From IMG/VR virus record IMGVR_UViG_3300020195_000651, positions 1 through 54,845 of that record: DNA of 54,845 bases. One strand, written 5' to 3'. The DNA comes from a virus. Lineage: Duplodnaviria; Caudoviricetes. Shown in pieces: positions 29,918 through 39,989 of this stretch. Position 1 is the first letter of the stretch. Every line of letters begins with the position of its first letter. The position numbers were made by a program, and so were the translations under genes. The notes under the pieces are model-generated. The model worked only from the letters and a program-made list of their open reading frames with translations. It was not told the origin of the DNA and ran no database searches.

Positions 29918-30229
29918 TTACCTCCGTGATGAATCTGGTAATAGTATTGCGTGCGCACGACCAACACCATCTGCCGCTTCTTGCATTCGTCTAAGGAATT
30001 TTTCTTCAAACTGAGTATTATCTTTGAAATAACCACTATTCATTACGCTGTCAGTCAATTTTGCTATTGAACTACGCATTTTTACCAAATGTTGAATTGC
30101 TTGTTCTATTTCTGGATGTGAATGAATTGGAGCGAGTCCACCACTGCTGCCACCATGTACCGTTGGTGTGTTATTTATTGATGGCGTATCATCAGTTTCT
30201 CGTAATTGTACCCATTTCAAAAACCTCAT
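29918..30229 (-). CDS. Hypothetical protein, N-terminus MRFLKWVQLRE
   Basis: TATATA 5 nt before ATG. Confidence 0.7.
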   Translation of the reverse strand: MRFLKWVQLRETDDTPSINNTPTVHGGSSGGLAPIHSHPEIEQAIQHLVKMRSSIAKLTDSVMNSGYFKDNTQFEEKFLRRMQEAADGVGRAHAILLPDSSRR

Positions 30230-30930
30230 GAAATTATATATTCATAAGCGAATTCATCCTGAAAGAATTTTTCTACGTCTTTCGTGACACTGCTTCGATA
30301 ATAACTCAAATCAATAGCGAAAGATTCCAGTAAATTTGCGCCTGTTTCTGTAACCCATTCTTGAACAATTGGTGACAACACAAGGTAATAGGGCGTTATT
30401 TGGCTTAGAGCAACCCATCTGAATAATGACCTGTTTTTTAGACTATCGATAATCTTTTGTTTCGTTAATTCACTAAATTTGCTTTCTAAAACCTTCTTGG
30501 CTTCTCGCAAATCGCCATAAACTTTATTTTCAGACGGTTTTTCTTCTGCAACAGCGTGGTTTTGTATTGTTTCGTTTTGAAATCGTTTTTTCCACACAAG
30601 CCATCGCTTCCAGGCTTTCGGACCAACTAAAACGTTCGGATCAATGTGCGCATGTAGGTCATCGGTCTTGATATTTTTCAGTACAGCGAATTGCGCGACA
30701 ATGTACATCCGATATTCAAAATCTTCTAGCAGTGAATCGCATTCACGGATGAGTTTATAGCAATATTTGAAAATACTTTTCTTACGTGGGTCGCCTTTGC
30801 CAATTTGATAGCGTTTATGGTCTGGGAAATGTTCTTCTGCGAGTTGCATGTACAAAATAGCTATTTTCCATGCCTTTGCTTCAACTTTGTTCATTTTGTA
30901 GTCAAGAATCAGCGATAACAGCTTATCCAT
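30226..30930 (-). CDS. Hypothetical protein
   Basis: 234 aa; AAGGAG RBS; TTGACA-17-GATAAT upstream. Confidence 0.8.
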   Translation of the reverse strand: MDKLLSLILDYKMNKVEAKAWKIAILYMQLAEEHFPDHKRYQIGKGDPRKKSIFKYCYKLIRECDSLLEDFEYRMYIVAQFAVLKNIKTDDLHAHIDPNVLVGPKAWKRWLVWKKRFQNETIQNHAVAEEKPSENKVYGDLREAKKVLESKFSELTKQKIIDSLKNRSLFRWVALSQITPYYLVLSPIVQEWVTETGANLLESFAIDLSYYRSSVTKDVEKFFQDEFAYEYIIS

Positions 30931-31382
30931 TACATTTCTCCTTTAGTGAATTATCCTGATTCAGCAAACAATTGTCAATATCACTTTTCAGTCTTGACTT
31001 TAATTGCACTTATGATATTAATATATCCATGTGTCAGAAAGATACCATCAGTGAAACAAGCCAACACTCGCAAAAGTCACTGATCAAAACCATAGCAACG
31101 CCTTCACCTTTGGCGGTCCCAGAATACTTAGAACCCCATTCTGTTTGCTGAACACCCAAGTTATGCCAGTCCTTCCACCAAAGGGACAAATTCTAAATGA
31201 ATGAGGATTGGCGTTAGTAAGTGTAACAAGTGTATTAACTCCATGCTTAACTTTTTGCATGTACTTAAATTGACTTTAAACGTATTAAGCTTTAATTCAG
31301 CTTAACCCTTATTGTCCCACAGGGGTTCTTTCGAATAAACTGAATGCCATGTTAAACATTAACTAAAACTGATAGATACTTT

Positions 31383-32867
31383 ATGCGTTTCAGAGAGTTT
31401 TACGAAGCAGATGATGCTAAATTCACGGTCAATTCCGTTGAAGTGACTATCAAACAAGTTCCAATGTCTTATCATGAAAGAATCATGCTTGAAGGCGCAG
31501 AAGATGATTTGATAAACATTATAAAGAATTCCTTGTCTGACATGGCAAGTAAAGTAACATCCATTTACAGCAGTCCAACTCCCGCTCGTTCCGCTCCAGC
31601 GACAGAAATTGATGTTGTCCCTAAATCTTCGCTCATGGATGCGGAACAATTGAAGAAGTTCCGTGTGACTATGCAACACCCACGCTCGGGAGTGACGGCA
31701 AAGATGGGACATTATTACCCACAAGTTATGTATGTTTTTGCTAGGAATCAAGAAGACGCAGAAGACAAAGTGTTGCAATTGGTTCGAACTAAATTAGACC
31801 CAAGAGAAGACAGAGACGAAAAGAGCAATGTCCCCAGGAAAAACTATTTGCAAGACATCGATAGAGTTCACATGAATATGCATAGTGAGCAGCTCAGAAC
31901 ATGGAATGACTTCACAGCATCTTTGGCGGAATTATCTGGCAAGCATGATTTGTTTGTTATGGATTATTTTACTGAAAAAGACTTGCAATTAATTCTCAAT
32001 CGAGCTAAAAAGAAAACATTCAAAGAAGACCTTGAGAGATTAACAAAGCCACAAATGAAACTTTTGAAGAAAGTTTACTTCGAATTATCACAAATGTCAG
32101 ATTTGACTGAAAAAACAAGGAAGTTATTAGACCCATCGATTGATAAAGTAATTAAGAAAGAAAAAGGAAGAATTGTTGATCCAAATGAAATTGCAGATGA
32201 TTCGCCTGGAAGTACAACACAAGGATGGGATTACTGGTCAGTATTAGAGCCAAAGACTGAAGAAGAAGAATCTGAATTGTTGGGTAAGATTCATACTGCC
32301 AAAGATGTGTTCAATCTAGCTGCCAAATTCGGTATTCCGGCAAGTCATATTCGTGGTATGGCGGCAGATGGTATTGAAGCAGATGAGAGAAATGTATTAC
32401 CCCGTCAACGACTTTATGATGATATCATCAAAGAAATGAAAAAGATGATGAGAGAAAATAAAGGATCGTATGGAGATTATGGTGTTGAATTCTTGGGCAG
32501 AAAGAAACCAAAAAAACGTTTCCTGAGAGATGTTTTGAAAGATGGCGCAGAGACAAAAGAACTAGAACGACTTGGTATTAGTTGGGCTAGAATTATGGCA
32601 AACGATACAGAAGGACAATACGTTAATGTTTCTGGTTCATTGAAATCTGCATATGTCCACGGCGATCCAAACAGCGTTGCATTGCACCATGAGGCGAATG
32701 AATTTGTTCGCGATCTAATGTCTGGAGACCGTCCGGTGGTGCAACCACGTGTAGCATTTTACAAAAGAGCATTAGAAGAAATGCTTAATACAAGGCATGA
32801 ACTAAGAACAAAAAATGTTAGACATGAGCCTTCTGAACCTTCGGATGATCCAATTCCATTTGATTGA
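31383..32867 (+). CDS. Hypothetical protein, N-terminus MRFREFYEA (possible internal virion protein)
   Basis: 494 aa; TAGATA 4 nt before ATG. Confidence 0.8.
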   Translation: MRFREFYEADDAKFTVNSVEVTIKQVPMSYHERIMLEGAEDDLINIIKNSLSDMASKVTSIYSSPTPARSAPATEIDVVPKSSLMDAEQLKKFRVTMQHPRSGVTAKMGHYYPQVMYVFARNQEDAEDKVLQLVRTKLDPREDRDEKSNVPRKNYLQDIDRVHMNMHSEQLRTWNDFTASLAELSGKHDLFVMDYFTEKDLQLILNRAKKKTFKEDLERLTKPQMKLLKKVYFELSQMSDLTEKTRKLLDPSIDKVIKKEKGRIVDPNEIADDSPGSTTQGWDYWSVLEPKTEEEESELLGKIHTAKDVFNLAAKFGIPASHIRGMAADGIEADERNVLPRQRLYDDIIKEMKKMMRENKGSYGDYGVEFLGRKKPKKRFLRDVLKDGAETKELERLGISWARIMANDTEGQYVNVSGSLKSAYVHGDPNSVALHHEANEFVRDLMSGDRPVVQPRVAFYKRALEEMLNTRHELRTKNVRHEPSEPSDDPIPFD

Positions 32868-32932
32868 CGTTGTTTAAAATTATCGATGTCTGTATCATAA
32901 TTACTGTCCAAAGTAATTAAAAGCAGGCCATT

Positions 32933-34249
32933 GTGAATACAGTTTGTGATAGTTTCGATGCAATTGCATCCGTGTTAGCAGATTTTCTTACTAAACATCG
33001 AGTTGTTTATCTTAAATGCGATCCAGAAATAATTGATTTTAAGTCAACTTATACAGGCACAATCACACTTTTGGGTGCAGGTGGTGAAGGCGTTCAGTTC
33101 TTGATTCCAACTACGTATTTGAACACATTTGTTGGTTTGTTGTCTTGTCATGTTTTTGATAAAGAACGAGTTGTTTTCACTTGGAATATCAAAAACCTAT
33201 TCTCTTATTTGTATTTTCGTTTGCCAAGATCACAGCAAATTACTGTTGAAAGCAAAATAATTGATATCAAGTACGGGGAATCACTTATTGATGTAGAAGG
33301 AACAAAGCCAGAAACCTTTGAGGAAGCGAAAAAACGAGCCAGAGCAATTGCAACAAATGAAAAATGCAAATCAATTCATTCTCGTATTGATATTCCTTTA
33401 GCGACCAGAGTCATTCCAAAGATTGAAACGTATGGACTAAAAGACGCAGAAATTAGAAAGATTCGATATTCAATTTATCATATTGGAGATTCGGAAAATG
33501 GACGATTGAAATGCACCAAACAAGGGAATGATGGGATTTCTACTCACAACTGGAAGGAAGAGAAGATAAAGTTTAAACCGTCACAAGATAATGTATTTGT
33601 TGACCTGGACTTCAAAGCAATGGAAGTATGTGTTTTGCAGTGGTTGAGTAAAGACGAAAGATTGTTAAAGATTATTTTGAGCGGTAGAGACATATATACC
33701 ACCATCTATTCTCTGCTGTACGGTCAGAAATGTCCTGACGACAAGCGGCAATTTATAAAAGAGGTTTTTCTCCCAATTGTTTACGGAATGCAAGCAAATG
33801 CATTGTCCGCTTGTGGTATTAGTCGGGACGAAGCAGAGACGTTAATAACTAAAATTAATGAGTTTTTCCATGTGGCAATGTCTTGGGTTCAATCTCACAA
33901 AGATAACCTAAAGCACGACCCAGTTTTGGTTGATTTTTTTGGAAGAGTTCGTCGTTTTGAAGAAGGCGATAATCATAATGCTGTTCGCAATGCAATAATA
34001 CAAGGACCAGCAGCAGTAATATGCTCAGATAGACTTATCGCTTTGTACGACAAAATACACAATCATTGTGAAATCGTTGCAAATATTCACGATGCATATA
34101 TTTTGGATGTACCGAAGAGTAAATTGTATGATGTTGTGTATCATGCAGTAGAAACTCTACAAGATACAAGTGGATTTCCAGGTTTGCATCTCAAAACAAA
34201 AGTCAAAGTCGGATCGAATCTAACAGACATGAAATTATTCAATCTTTAG
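32933..34249 (+). CDS. Compact family A DNA polymerase-like protein
   Basis: GRL, motif A DLDFKAMEV, RDIY, motif B RQFIK...IVYGM, FFGRVRR, NAIIQGPAA, motif C IHDA. Confidence 0.85.
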   Translation: MNTVCDSFDAIASVLADFLTKHRVVYLKCDPEIIDFKSTYTGTITLLGAGGEGVQFLIPTTYLNTFVGLLSCHVFDKERVVFTWNIKNLFSYLYFRLPRSQQITVESKIIDIKYGESLIDVEGTKPETFEEAKKRARAIATNEKCKSIHSRIDIPLATRVIPKIETYGLKDAEIRKIRYSIYHIGDSENGRLKCTKQGNDGISTHNWKEEKIKFKPSQDNVFVDLDFKAMEVCVLQWLSKDERLLKIILSGRDIYTTIYSLLYGQKCPDDKRQFIKEVFLPIVYGMQANALSACGISRDEAETLITKINEFFHVAMSWVQSHKDNLKHDPVLVDFFGRVRRFEEGDNHNAVRNAIIQGPAAVICSDRLIALYDKIHNHCEIVANIHDAYILDVPKSKLYDVVYHAVETLQDTSGFPGLHLKTKVKVGSNLTDMKLFNL

Positions 34250-34305
34250 TATTGACATTATCGATAAATCAAGTTATATTTAATTTTCTCAATTACAAGG
34301 ATATT

Positions 34306-34878
34306 ATGGCAAAGGCAATGTTTTCGACTTTTCGTTTGAGTGATGAAGAATATGGAAAGTTGATGGTTAAATTTCACGACTTATGCAGATTCCAGGCGTG
34401 GCAATTACTTAGAAGGAATCAGCACAATAATCACACAGACGATTTGGAAGATATAGAACAAGATTTGTTGATTGCTGTAGTGAAGGCTGGAGTTTACTAC
34501 AAGAGACAAATGTATATCGAAGAGTCGTTGAAAGTAGCAAGACGTTACGCCAAAGATAGGTTTGTCAAGAACCTCGTCAATGAGTTGTCTACTTTGTGGA
34601 AAAATAGAACTAAGCACGGCGCAAACAAGCAAAAGTACGGTGAACCACAAGAAAGATTGCTTGACACGATCATCAATTCAATAGTTCCACGTGATAAAAG
34701 ACCGGACCCACAACGTCCACTTGTCATTGATAATAAATTTGCAACTTACTGTAAACAAATTACGTGGAATCAACAAAAGAGTCTTGGTAGAAAAATTACA
34801 CGTGAACGATCCATAAGAACTGGTCTTGTAAGTCTTTCAGAGCATGATTCGGTTTTTGGAATGGCGGCAGGAGAATAA
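34306..34878 (+). CDS. sigma70 region-2-like phage transcription factor
   Basis: DLEDIEQDLLIAVVKA...KFATYCKQITWN resembles sigma region 2; AAGGA before ATG at 34306. Confidence 0.5.
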   Translation: MAKAMFSTFRLSDEEYGKLMVKFHDLCRFQAWQLLRRNQHNNHTDDLEDIEQDLLIAVVKAGVYYKRQMYIEESLKVARRYAKDRFVKNLVNELSTLWKNRTKHGANKQKYGEPQERLLDTIINSIVPRDKRPDPQRPLVIDNKFATYCKQITWNQQKSLGRKITRERSIRTGLVSLSEHDSVFGMAAGE

Positions 34879-35064
34879 ATGTACGGCATTTGGTCATTTA
34901 ATGATGATGGTTGGTTGAAAGAAGATAACGGTATAGCGATATTAGTTTTTGAGCATGAATCACAGGCAAGAAATCGTGCAGCTAAACATTATGGCTATGA
35001 TAAATATGAAGACGTTACTGATGATGGTTGGTGTATAGTCAAAATAATACGTGAGAATAAATGA
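34879..35064 (+). CDS. Hypothetical protein
   Basis: 61 aa, coupled on both sides. Confidence 0.6.
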   Translation: MYGIWSFNDDGWLKEDNGIAILVFEHESQARNRAAKHYGYDKYEDVTDDGWCIVKIIRENK

Positions 35065-36560
35065 AAGATTTAAATAATATAACTGAACGAGAAAAAGAAT
35101 TATTGGAAAGTCTAGTCAATCCAGATGATCCAAGAGAGAAAAAGTATCAGTTTGATATTCCATACCAACAATCAATTCTAGGAATGCTTTTATGCGACAA
35201 AGTGTTTTTGATTCAGAGTATGCAATTAATCAAATCAAATTACTTTGTTGATAAAGCACACGAAACTATATGCGATATCTTGTTTGAGTTTTTTGAGAAG
35301 TACAGTCAATTACCATCTAGGTTTGTAATAAACAATGAAATCAAAGAAAGATTTCCAGATGATGCCAAGAAGAGAATGATTTACACTGGGGAAGTAGAAG
35401 CATTAATTTCTAGTTACATTCCAGGGCTTGATTCTCGTGACGCTTGCTTGGACAAGATTACAGAGTTTGCCAGAGAGCAAGCATTGAGATCAGCAGTAAG
35501 CATTACATTGGACTTGTTGGAGAGGAATGAGAAGAATAAGTGGGGACGGATTGAAGACACGTTCAGGAAAGCACTTCTTGTAGATCGTAATTTTGATTTA
35601 GGGCTTGATTACTTCCAGTGTCTTGAAGAACGCTATGATCGAATGAAAGCCCAACAAACAGACAAAGAAGTGTTTATTACGGGGTTTGATAGCATTGACA
35701 GCCCCGAGAAGGGATTGAGTGCTGGCGGTATTTGTCGTGGTGAAATTGCTTCGTTTATGGGCAGTCCAGGCACAGGAAAAAGTATTTTGCTGGTGAAGGT
35801 TGCTGCTCAAAACATCATGCGAGGCAAGAAAGTATTATATCTGTCTCTTGAAATGGACCAAGACAAGATTGCGAGACGGTTTGATGCAATGATTGCGATG
35901 GACAACATCCGAACATTGGTGGAACGCAAGGAAGAAGTATTGTCTGCATTGCGTGAATGCGTCAAAGGCGAAGAAGACAAACGTCGCTTGATTATCAAGC
36001 AGTTCCCGGCAGGCACGGTAGATGTGCCAATTATCCGTGCGTACCTTGCACAGCTTCAACTCCAGGGTTGGAAGCCTGACATGATTTGTGTTGACTACGT
36101 TGGTGAGTTCAAGGACGAAGAAGGCGTAAAGACCTATGAAAGCCGTCAGCGCGCAGTTAGAGATTTACGCGGGTTAGCGACAGAAGAGAACATGGCGATT
36201 TTTACTGCCATGCAGCCAAATCGTAGGGGTCGTGAGGCTCAAGACAATCAAGGTGTGATTGATGACGATATGTTGGGTGATTCCTTCGGTCAGGCTCGTC
36301 CACTGGATGCCTTGTGGTCAATCAATGTGAATGCTCAAGAGAAGCAGGTTGGTGTAGGTAGAATATTCGTAGTCAAGCATCGTGACGGACGTAGTAGATA
36401 CACAATACCTTTCATGCAGAACAAAGATACATTAGATTGTCGAGAGATCAGTTTTGAGGTACACAGCAATAAACTGACTCAGTTCAAGGTTCAAAAGACT
36501 GCTGATACTGAGATGTCTCCAATTGAAGGTAAAAAACCATACAAGCCAAATAGAGGATAA
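35061..36560 (+). CDS. DnaB/gp41-like replicative helicase
   Basis: ITGFDSID, GSPGTGKS, YLSLEM, VDYV, TAMQPNR, KHRDG. Confidence 0.93.
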   Translation: MKDLNNITEREKELLESLVNPDDPREKKYQFDIPYQQSILGMLLCDKVFLIQSMQLIKSNYFVDKAHETICDILFEFFEKYSQLPSRFVINNEIKERFPDDAKKRMIYTGEVEALISSYIPGLDSRDACLDKITEFAREQALRSAVSITLDLLERNEKNKWGRIEDTFRKALLVDRNFDLGLDYFQCLEERYDRMKAQQTDKEVFITGFDSIDSPEKGLSAGGICRGEIASFMGSPGTGKSILLVKVAAQNIMRGKKVLYLSLEMDQDKIARRFDAMIAMDNIRTLVERKEEVLSALRECVKGEEDKRRLIIKQFPAGTVDVPIIRAYLAQLQLQGWKPDMICVDYVGEFKDEEGVKTYESRQRAVRDLRGLATEENMAIFTAMQPNRRGREAQDNQGVIDDDMLGDSFGQARPLDALWSINVNAQEKQVGVGRIFVVKHRDGRSRYTIPFMQNKDTLDCREISFEVHSNKLTQFKVQKTADTEMSPIEGKKPYKPNRG

Positions 36561-36562
36561 TA

Positions 36563-37012
36563 ATGAGCGAAGATCGAGTAATAAAGATTGCAGGTAAGGA
36601 TGTTACGTTGAAGCAAGAATTCTTGACATTTGACGAACACACAATCAATAATTTTTTGCAAAAGTCTGCTGGTAATCATGCTTCATATTCTGCACAACAT
36701 GCAGACGCACAGTTTATTCATAGCACTTATGAAGATCGAGCCGAAGCGGTTTATGCAGAGAAATTTAAACTTTATCGTGAAGAGAGTAGTAGCGATAAAA
36801 TGGCTGATATGAAGACTAAGTGTGACAAGGAAGTGCAAGAGGCACAAGAGATGGTGCGATTGTCTAAGCACAATGCCAACTTGTTGTATGGGTTCACAAG
36901 AAGTTTAGATCGTGCGCATGAGAGTTGTAAAGAGTTCTGTTATAATCTTCGTAAGGAGATGGATAAGATTTTTGGGTCAACTATCAAAAGTAAAATAGAG
37001 GATATGATATAA
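36563..37012 (+). CDS. UvsY-like recombination mediator
   Basis: 149 aa helical protein after the helicase; size and pattern consistent with UvsY-like proteins. Confidence 0.5.
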   Translation: MSEDRVIKIAGKDVTLKQEFLTFDEHTINNFLQKSAGNHASYSAQHADAQFIHSTYEDRAEAVYAEKFKLYREESSSDKMADMKTKCDKEVQEAQEMVRLSKHNANLLYGFTRSLDRAHESCKEFCYNLRKEMDKIFGSTIKSKIEDMI

Positions 37013-37023
37013 TGAATTTACGT

Positions 37024-37055
37024 AAAGACTACAGGTATTAATACCTGTAGTCTTT
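37024..37055. terminator. Perfect 32 bp palindrome, bidirectional terminator
   Basis: aaagactacaggtatt|aatacctgtagtcttt between convergent genes. Confidence 0.75.
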
Positions 37056-37059
37056 TATA

Positions 37060-37281
37060 TTAGCTTAGTTTTAGTATTCGCTTTTCGACTTGACGCATGA
37101 ATTTATCGACTAGTTCCGTTTTTGTTTCTTCGTTGACTCCGTGCAAGAGTCCTTCGAGTCGTCCTACTAATTGTTCAATTTGACTTGCTAAAACTTCATC
37201 ATCTTGGAATGTTTGCATTCCATAATTGCCGCTAGAAAGTTCTTCAATTCCGTCTTGTTGCCACTCGTTGTAAGTAATCAT
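37060..37281 (-). CDS. Hypothetical protein, N-terminus MITYNEWQQ
   Basis: TATATA 4 nt before ATG. Confidence 0.7.
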   Translation of the reverse strand: MITYNEWQQDGIEELSSGNYGMQTFQDDEVLASQIEQLVGRLEGLLHGVNEETKTELVDKFMRQVEKRILKLS

Positions 37282-37296
37282 GTGTTATATAGATTC

Positions 37297-38256
37297 TCAT
37301 GCAATAGATCGAATCAAAAAAGGGAAAGTTTCGTGTGGAGCGAAGTAACATTTTGCACAATCCATACAATGTCTATTGACGCTTTTAATTATTATACATT
37401 CCGGTTTGAATAATTGTGCGGCTAGTGTAGACAGACATGAATCAATTCCGATGTATTGAACTGATTTTTTTAGTATTTCAACAGACTCAAGGAAATTTGT
37501 TTGGTTGTTGAGATTTATCAGTTCGTCGCATTCTGGAACTTGGTCATTTCCTTCATTGATGACGACTCCTTTGATTCCGGCAGAACGTAATATTCTTCTA
37601 CATCCGTCCCAGTCGGAATCAGAGAAGTCTCTATTGGGGTCTCTTTTATCATTACTGTAAGGGCACACAGCGGCATAAGTTTCTGGCAGGTTGAATTTCT
37701 CAATAGAGGCAACGTTGTGAAGTAGTAGGCTCGATCCGACGAATGGAATCTTACCAGTCTTGATGAGAGGAAAGACGTTGCCGATACTCCAGTCGAGTGC
37801 TTGGTTTAATCCGCTAGGCACTTCGATATTTGATTCAACCATTTTGCGGATGCAACCACGTTTTTCATGGAAGCACCAAAAATTATTGAAGTCAGCCCAA
37901 GCAACAATATGATTTTTTAAGTTGGTGTAGTTGGGGAGCGCAGCGAATATAGATTGTATTGGAGAATGCTTCCTGGTCCCGTAGTATATCGTTGTGATTT
38001 GACTACGTTGATATTCAGGCATAAAACTTTCAAGAGAAATTATGTCACCAATTCCACCGGAGATGAAAATGAGATGAGGAACCTCTGGGACGGGCGGAGG
38101 CATCTTAATAGGTTTTGGTCGTTGTTTTGGTGGATGAGGAACAACAGGTGTTTGTCTTTTTTGGCTTTGTGTGTGTCTTTGATTTTGTTTAGCTGCTGCA
38201 GCTGCTTGTTGCATCATCTGAGACAAACGTAGTTTTTGTCTTTCGCTATAATTCAT
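37297..38256 (-). CDS. GT9/heptosyltransferase-like glycosyltransferase
   Basis: GGIGDII, NLNNQTN, YIGIDS; Q/P-rich N-terminal extension. Confidence 0.7.
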   Translation of the reverse strand: MNYSERQKLRLSQMMQQAAAAAKQNQRHTQSQKRQTPVVPHPPKQRPKPIKMPPPVPEVPHLIFISGGIGDIISLESFMPEYQRSQITTIYYGTRKHSPIQSIFAALPNYTNLKNHIVAWADFNNFWCFHEKRGCIRKMVESNIEVPSGLNQALDWSIGNVFPLIKTGKIPFVGSSLLLHNVASIEKFNLPETYAAVCPYSNDKRDPNRDFSDSDWDGCRRILRSAGIKGVVINEGNDQVPECDELINLNNQTNFLESVEILKKSVQYIGIDSCLSTLAAQLFKPECIIIKSVNRHCMDCAKCYFAPHETFPFLIRSIA

Positions 38257-38318
38257 ATTGACCTTAAATTAATCTCAATGTTAACAATATAGTTATTTGA
38301 GTTTTACTATTTTATTGT

Positions 38319-38939
38319 ATGTCTGATTTTGCTGAAATTCGAGATTTGATGTGTCGTAAACTAAAGCAATCTAGCATTCCTCCACGTATGTTATTGAGTC
38401 GGTTTAGGTTTATTGATGAAAAATCAAGATATAGTAGAGCATGTTTGGACCCTAATTACTTACCGTTTTATTTTTATTTGGGAAGGTTATTTCCCAGACA
38501 ATCGGTGTTAGAAATAGGTTTTGGGTTGGGTTTGAATGGTTCGTTGTATATGATGGGTTGTTCTGAAGTCAATGATTATCTTGCGATTCAGGAGATTACG
38601 AATGAATATTACAGTTTAAGATTAGGGCGAGCCAATGTAAAACAAGTGTATAATAAGACGGCAGGTTTGTATGTTGGAAAATTACACGATGAAATTTTTA
38701 TGAATAGAATGAGAATTCATAAGTGGGATGTCGCTATAATAACAGAAATTAGAGGCTATGATACAAACGTATCTTGGCTGAGTACCGTTTGGGATGAAAT
38801 GAATGATGGCGGTATTATATGTATTGATAATACTGAAACAGAAGTTGTTAATAAATCTTATCGTGATTTCTGTCGCATCAAAGGTAGAGAGCCATTCATA
38901 TTTCCAACACGATATGGAATTGGCGTAATAGAAAAATAG
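38319..38939 (+). CDS. Class I SAM-dependent methyltransferase-like protein
   Basis: VLEIGFGLG, GGIICID. Confidence 0.75.
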   Translation: MSDFAEIRDLMCRKLKQSSIPPRMLLSRFRFIDEKSRYSRACLDPNYLPFYFYLGRLFPRQSVLEIGFGLGLNGSLYMMGCSEVNDYLAIQEITNEYYSLRLGRANVKQVYNKTAGLYVGKLHDEIFMNRMRIHKWDVAIITEIRGYDTNVSWLSTVWDEMNDGGIICIDNTETEVVNKSYRDFCRIKGREPFIFPTRYGIGVIEK

Positions 38940-38946
38940 GTGATTT

Positions 38947-39648
38947 ATCGGATATGAAATAACGTATTATTTCTTCCCGCGTAAGGAAGATGGAGTTGGA
39001 TATGAGACGGAATCTTCGCAAACATTTGTCAAGCAAATGGGTAAATTGGAAGAGGTTCCTGTTGAGAAATTAGCAAGTGCAGTAATGATGCAACTAGCGC
39101 GTAGAGACATTATGGTCTTCAACGTTGAAATTAGTGAATTCATCAAAAGGAAAGTATCCTTTAAGGAAACCAAGGGTGGAGTTCTTATTAAGAATAAGAA
39201 GTTCATGTTGGATGGTACGGTCTGTGAAGAGATTCAAAGTGATGATGAAGATTCTGAACTTGAACTTCAGCCTAAAACCAAGCCAAAGTCCTCTGAAAGC
39301 CCTCTTGATCGTCCAATTAGGTATGAGGTATTTGATCCGGACATTCCATTAGTTGCAATGCTTCAGAAACAATTTAGATTGACTCCAAAGAGAAAATATC
39401 CAATTTTTGAAGAGAAGACAATTATTCAAAGAGTGAATTTGCCTACGGGAATGACGGAAATTCCTGGGTATGAATACGTAACAATTGACGATGAGGGTAA
39501 GCGATGTAAAGTCCCGGCATTGTATTTTGTTCCAGAACAACGTCCATTAATTGGCATGGAAAACAATCATCAAATTCGCAATGATGGTCCAACATTGACA
39601 TACATGGATCGATATTCCGACCCAGGAATGCCCACAATTAGGAGATAA
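38947..39648 (+). CDS. Hypothetical protein (probable ATC start at 38947; first ATG at 39037)
   Basis: Frame open 30 codons upstream of the ATG; AGGTGA precedes ATC. Confidence 0.7.
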   Translation: MGYEITYYFFPRKEDGVGYETESSQTFVKQMGKLEEVPVEKLASAVMMQLARRDIMVFNVEISEFIKRKVSFKETKGGVLIKNKKFMLDGTVCEEIQSDDEDSELELQPKTKPKSSESPLDRPIRYEVFDPDIPLVAMLQKQFRLTPKRKYPIFEEKTIIQRVNLPTGMTEIPGYEYVTIDDEGKRCKVPALYFVPEQRPLIGMENNHQIRNDGPTLTYMDRYSDPGMPTIRR

Positions 39649-39650
39649 AA

Positions 39651-39989
39651 ATGGCAAGAGACATTGGCAAAAAGAAAAAAGATCGTGAGAAGAAGGTTGG
39701 CGAGAAAATGCTTCGTCGACGTAATAAATTAATAGAAGTTAGACGTGAAGAACATCAAAAAGAGAAACTTGCACATATAACAAGAAGACGACAAGAGCCA
39801 ATCGTTAAACATAGGCTCGGAGGAGATACGAGTGTTCCTATGAGTGAGGAAAGAAACATCGAAATCAATCAAGATAATTTGAATGAAAATCTTGTTCGTT
39901 TACAAGAAATGGAACAAGAATTTGTTAATCAAGACAAGGCAAGAGAACATAAGGAGGAGGTAACTGATGACGAAAATGGAAATTACTGA
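39651..39989 (+). CDS. Hypothetical protein
   Basis: 112 aa; GGAG RBS. Confidence 0.7.
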   Translation: MARDIGKKKKDREKKVGEKMLRRRNKLIEVRREEHQKEKLAHITRRRQEPIVKHRLGGDTSVPMSEERNIEINQDNLNENLVRLQEMEQEFVNQDKAREHKEEVTDDENGNY

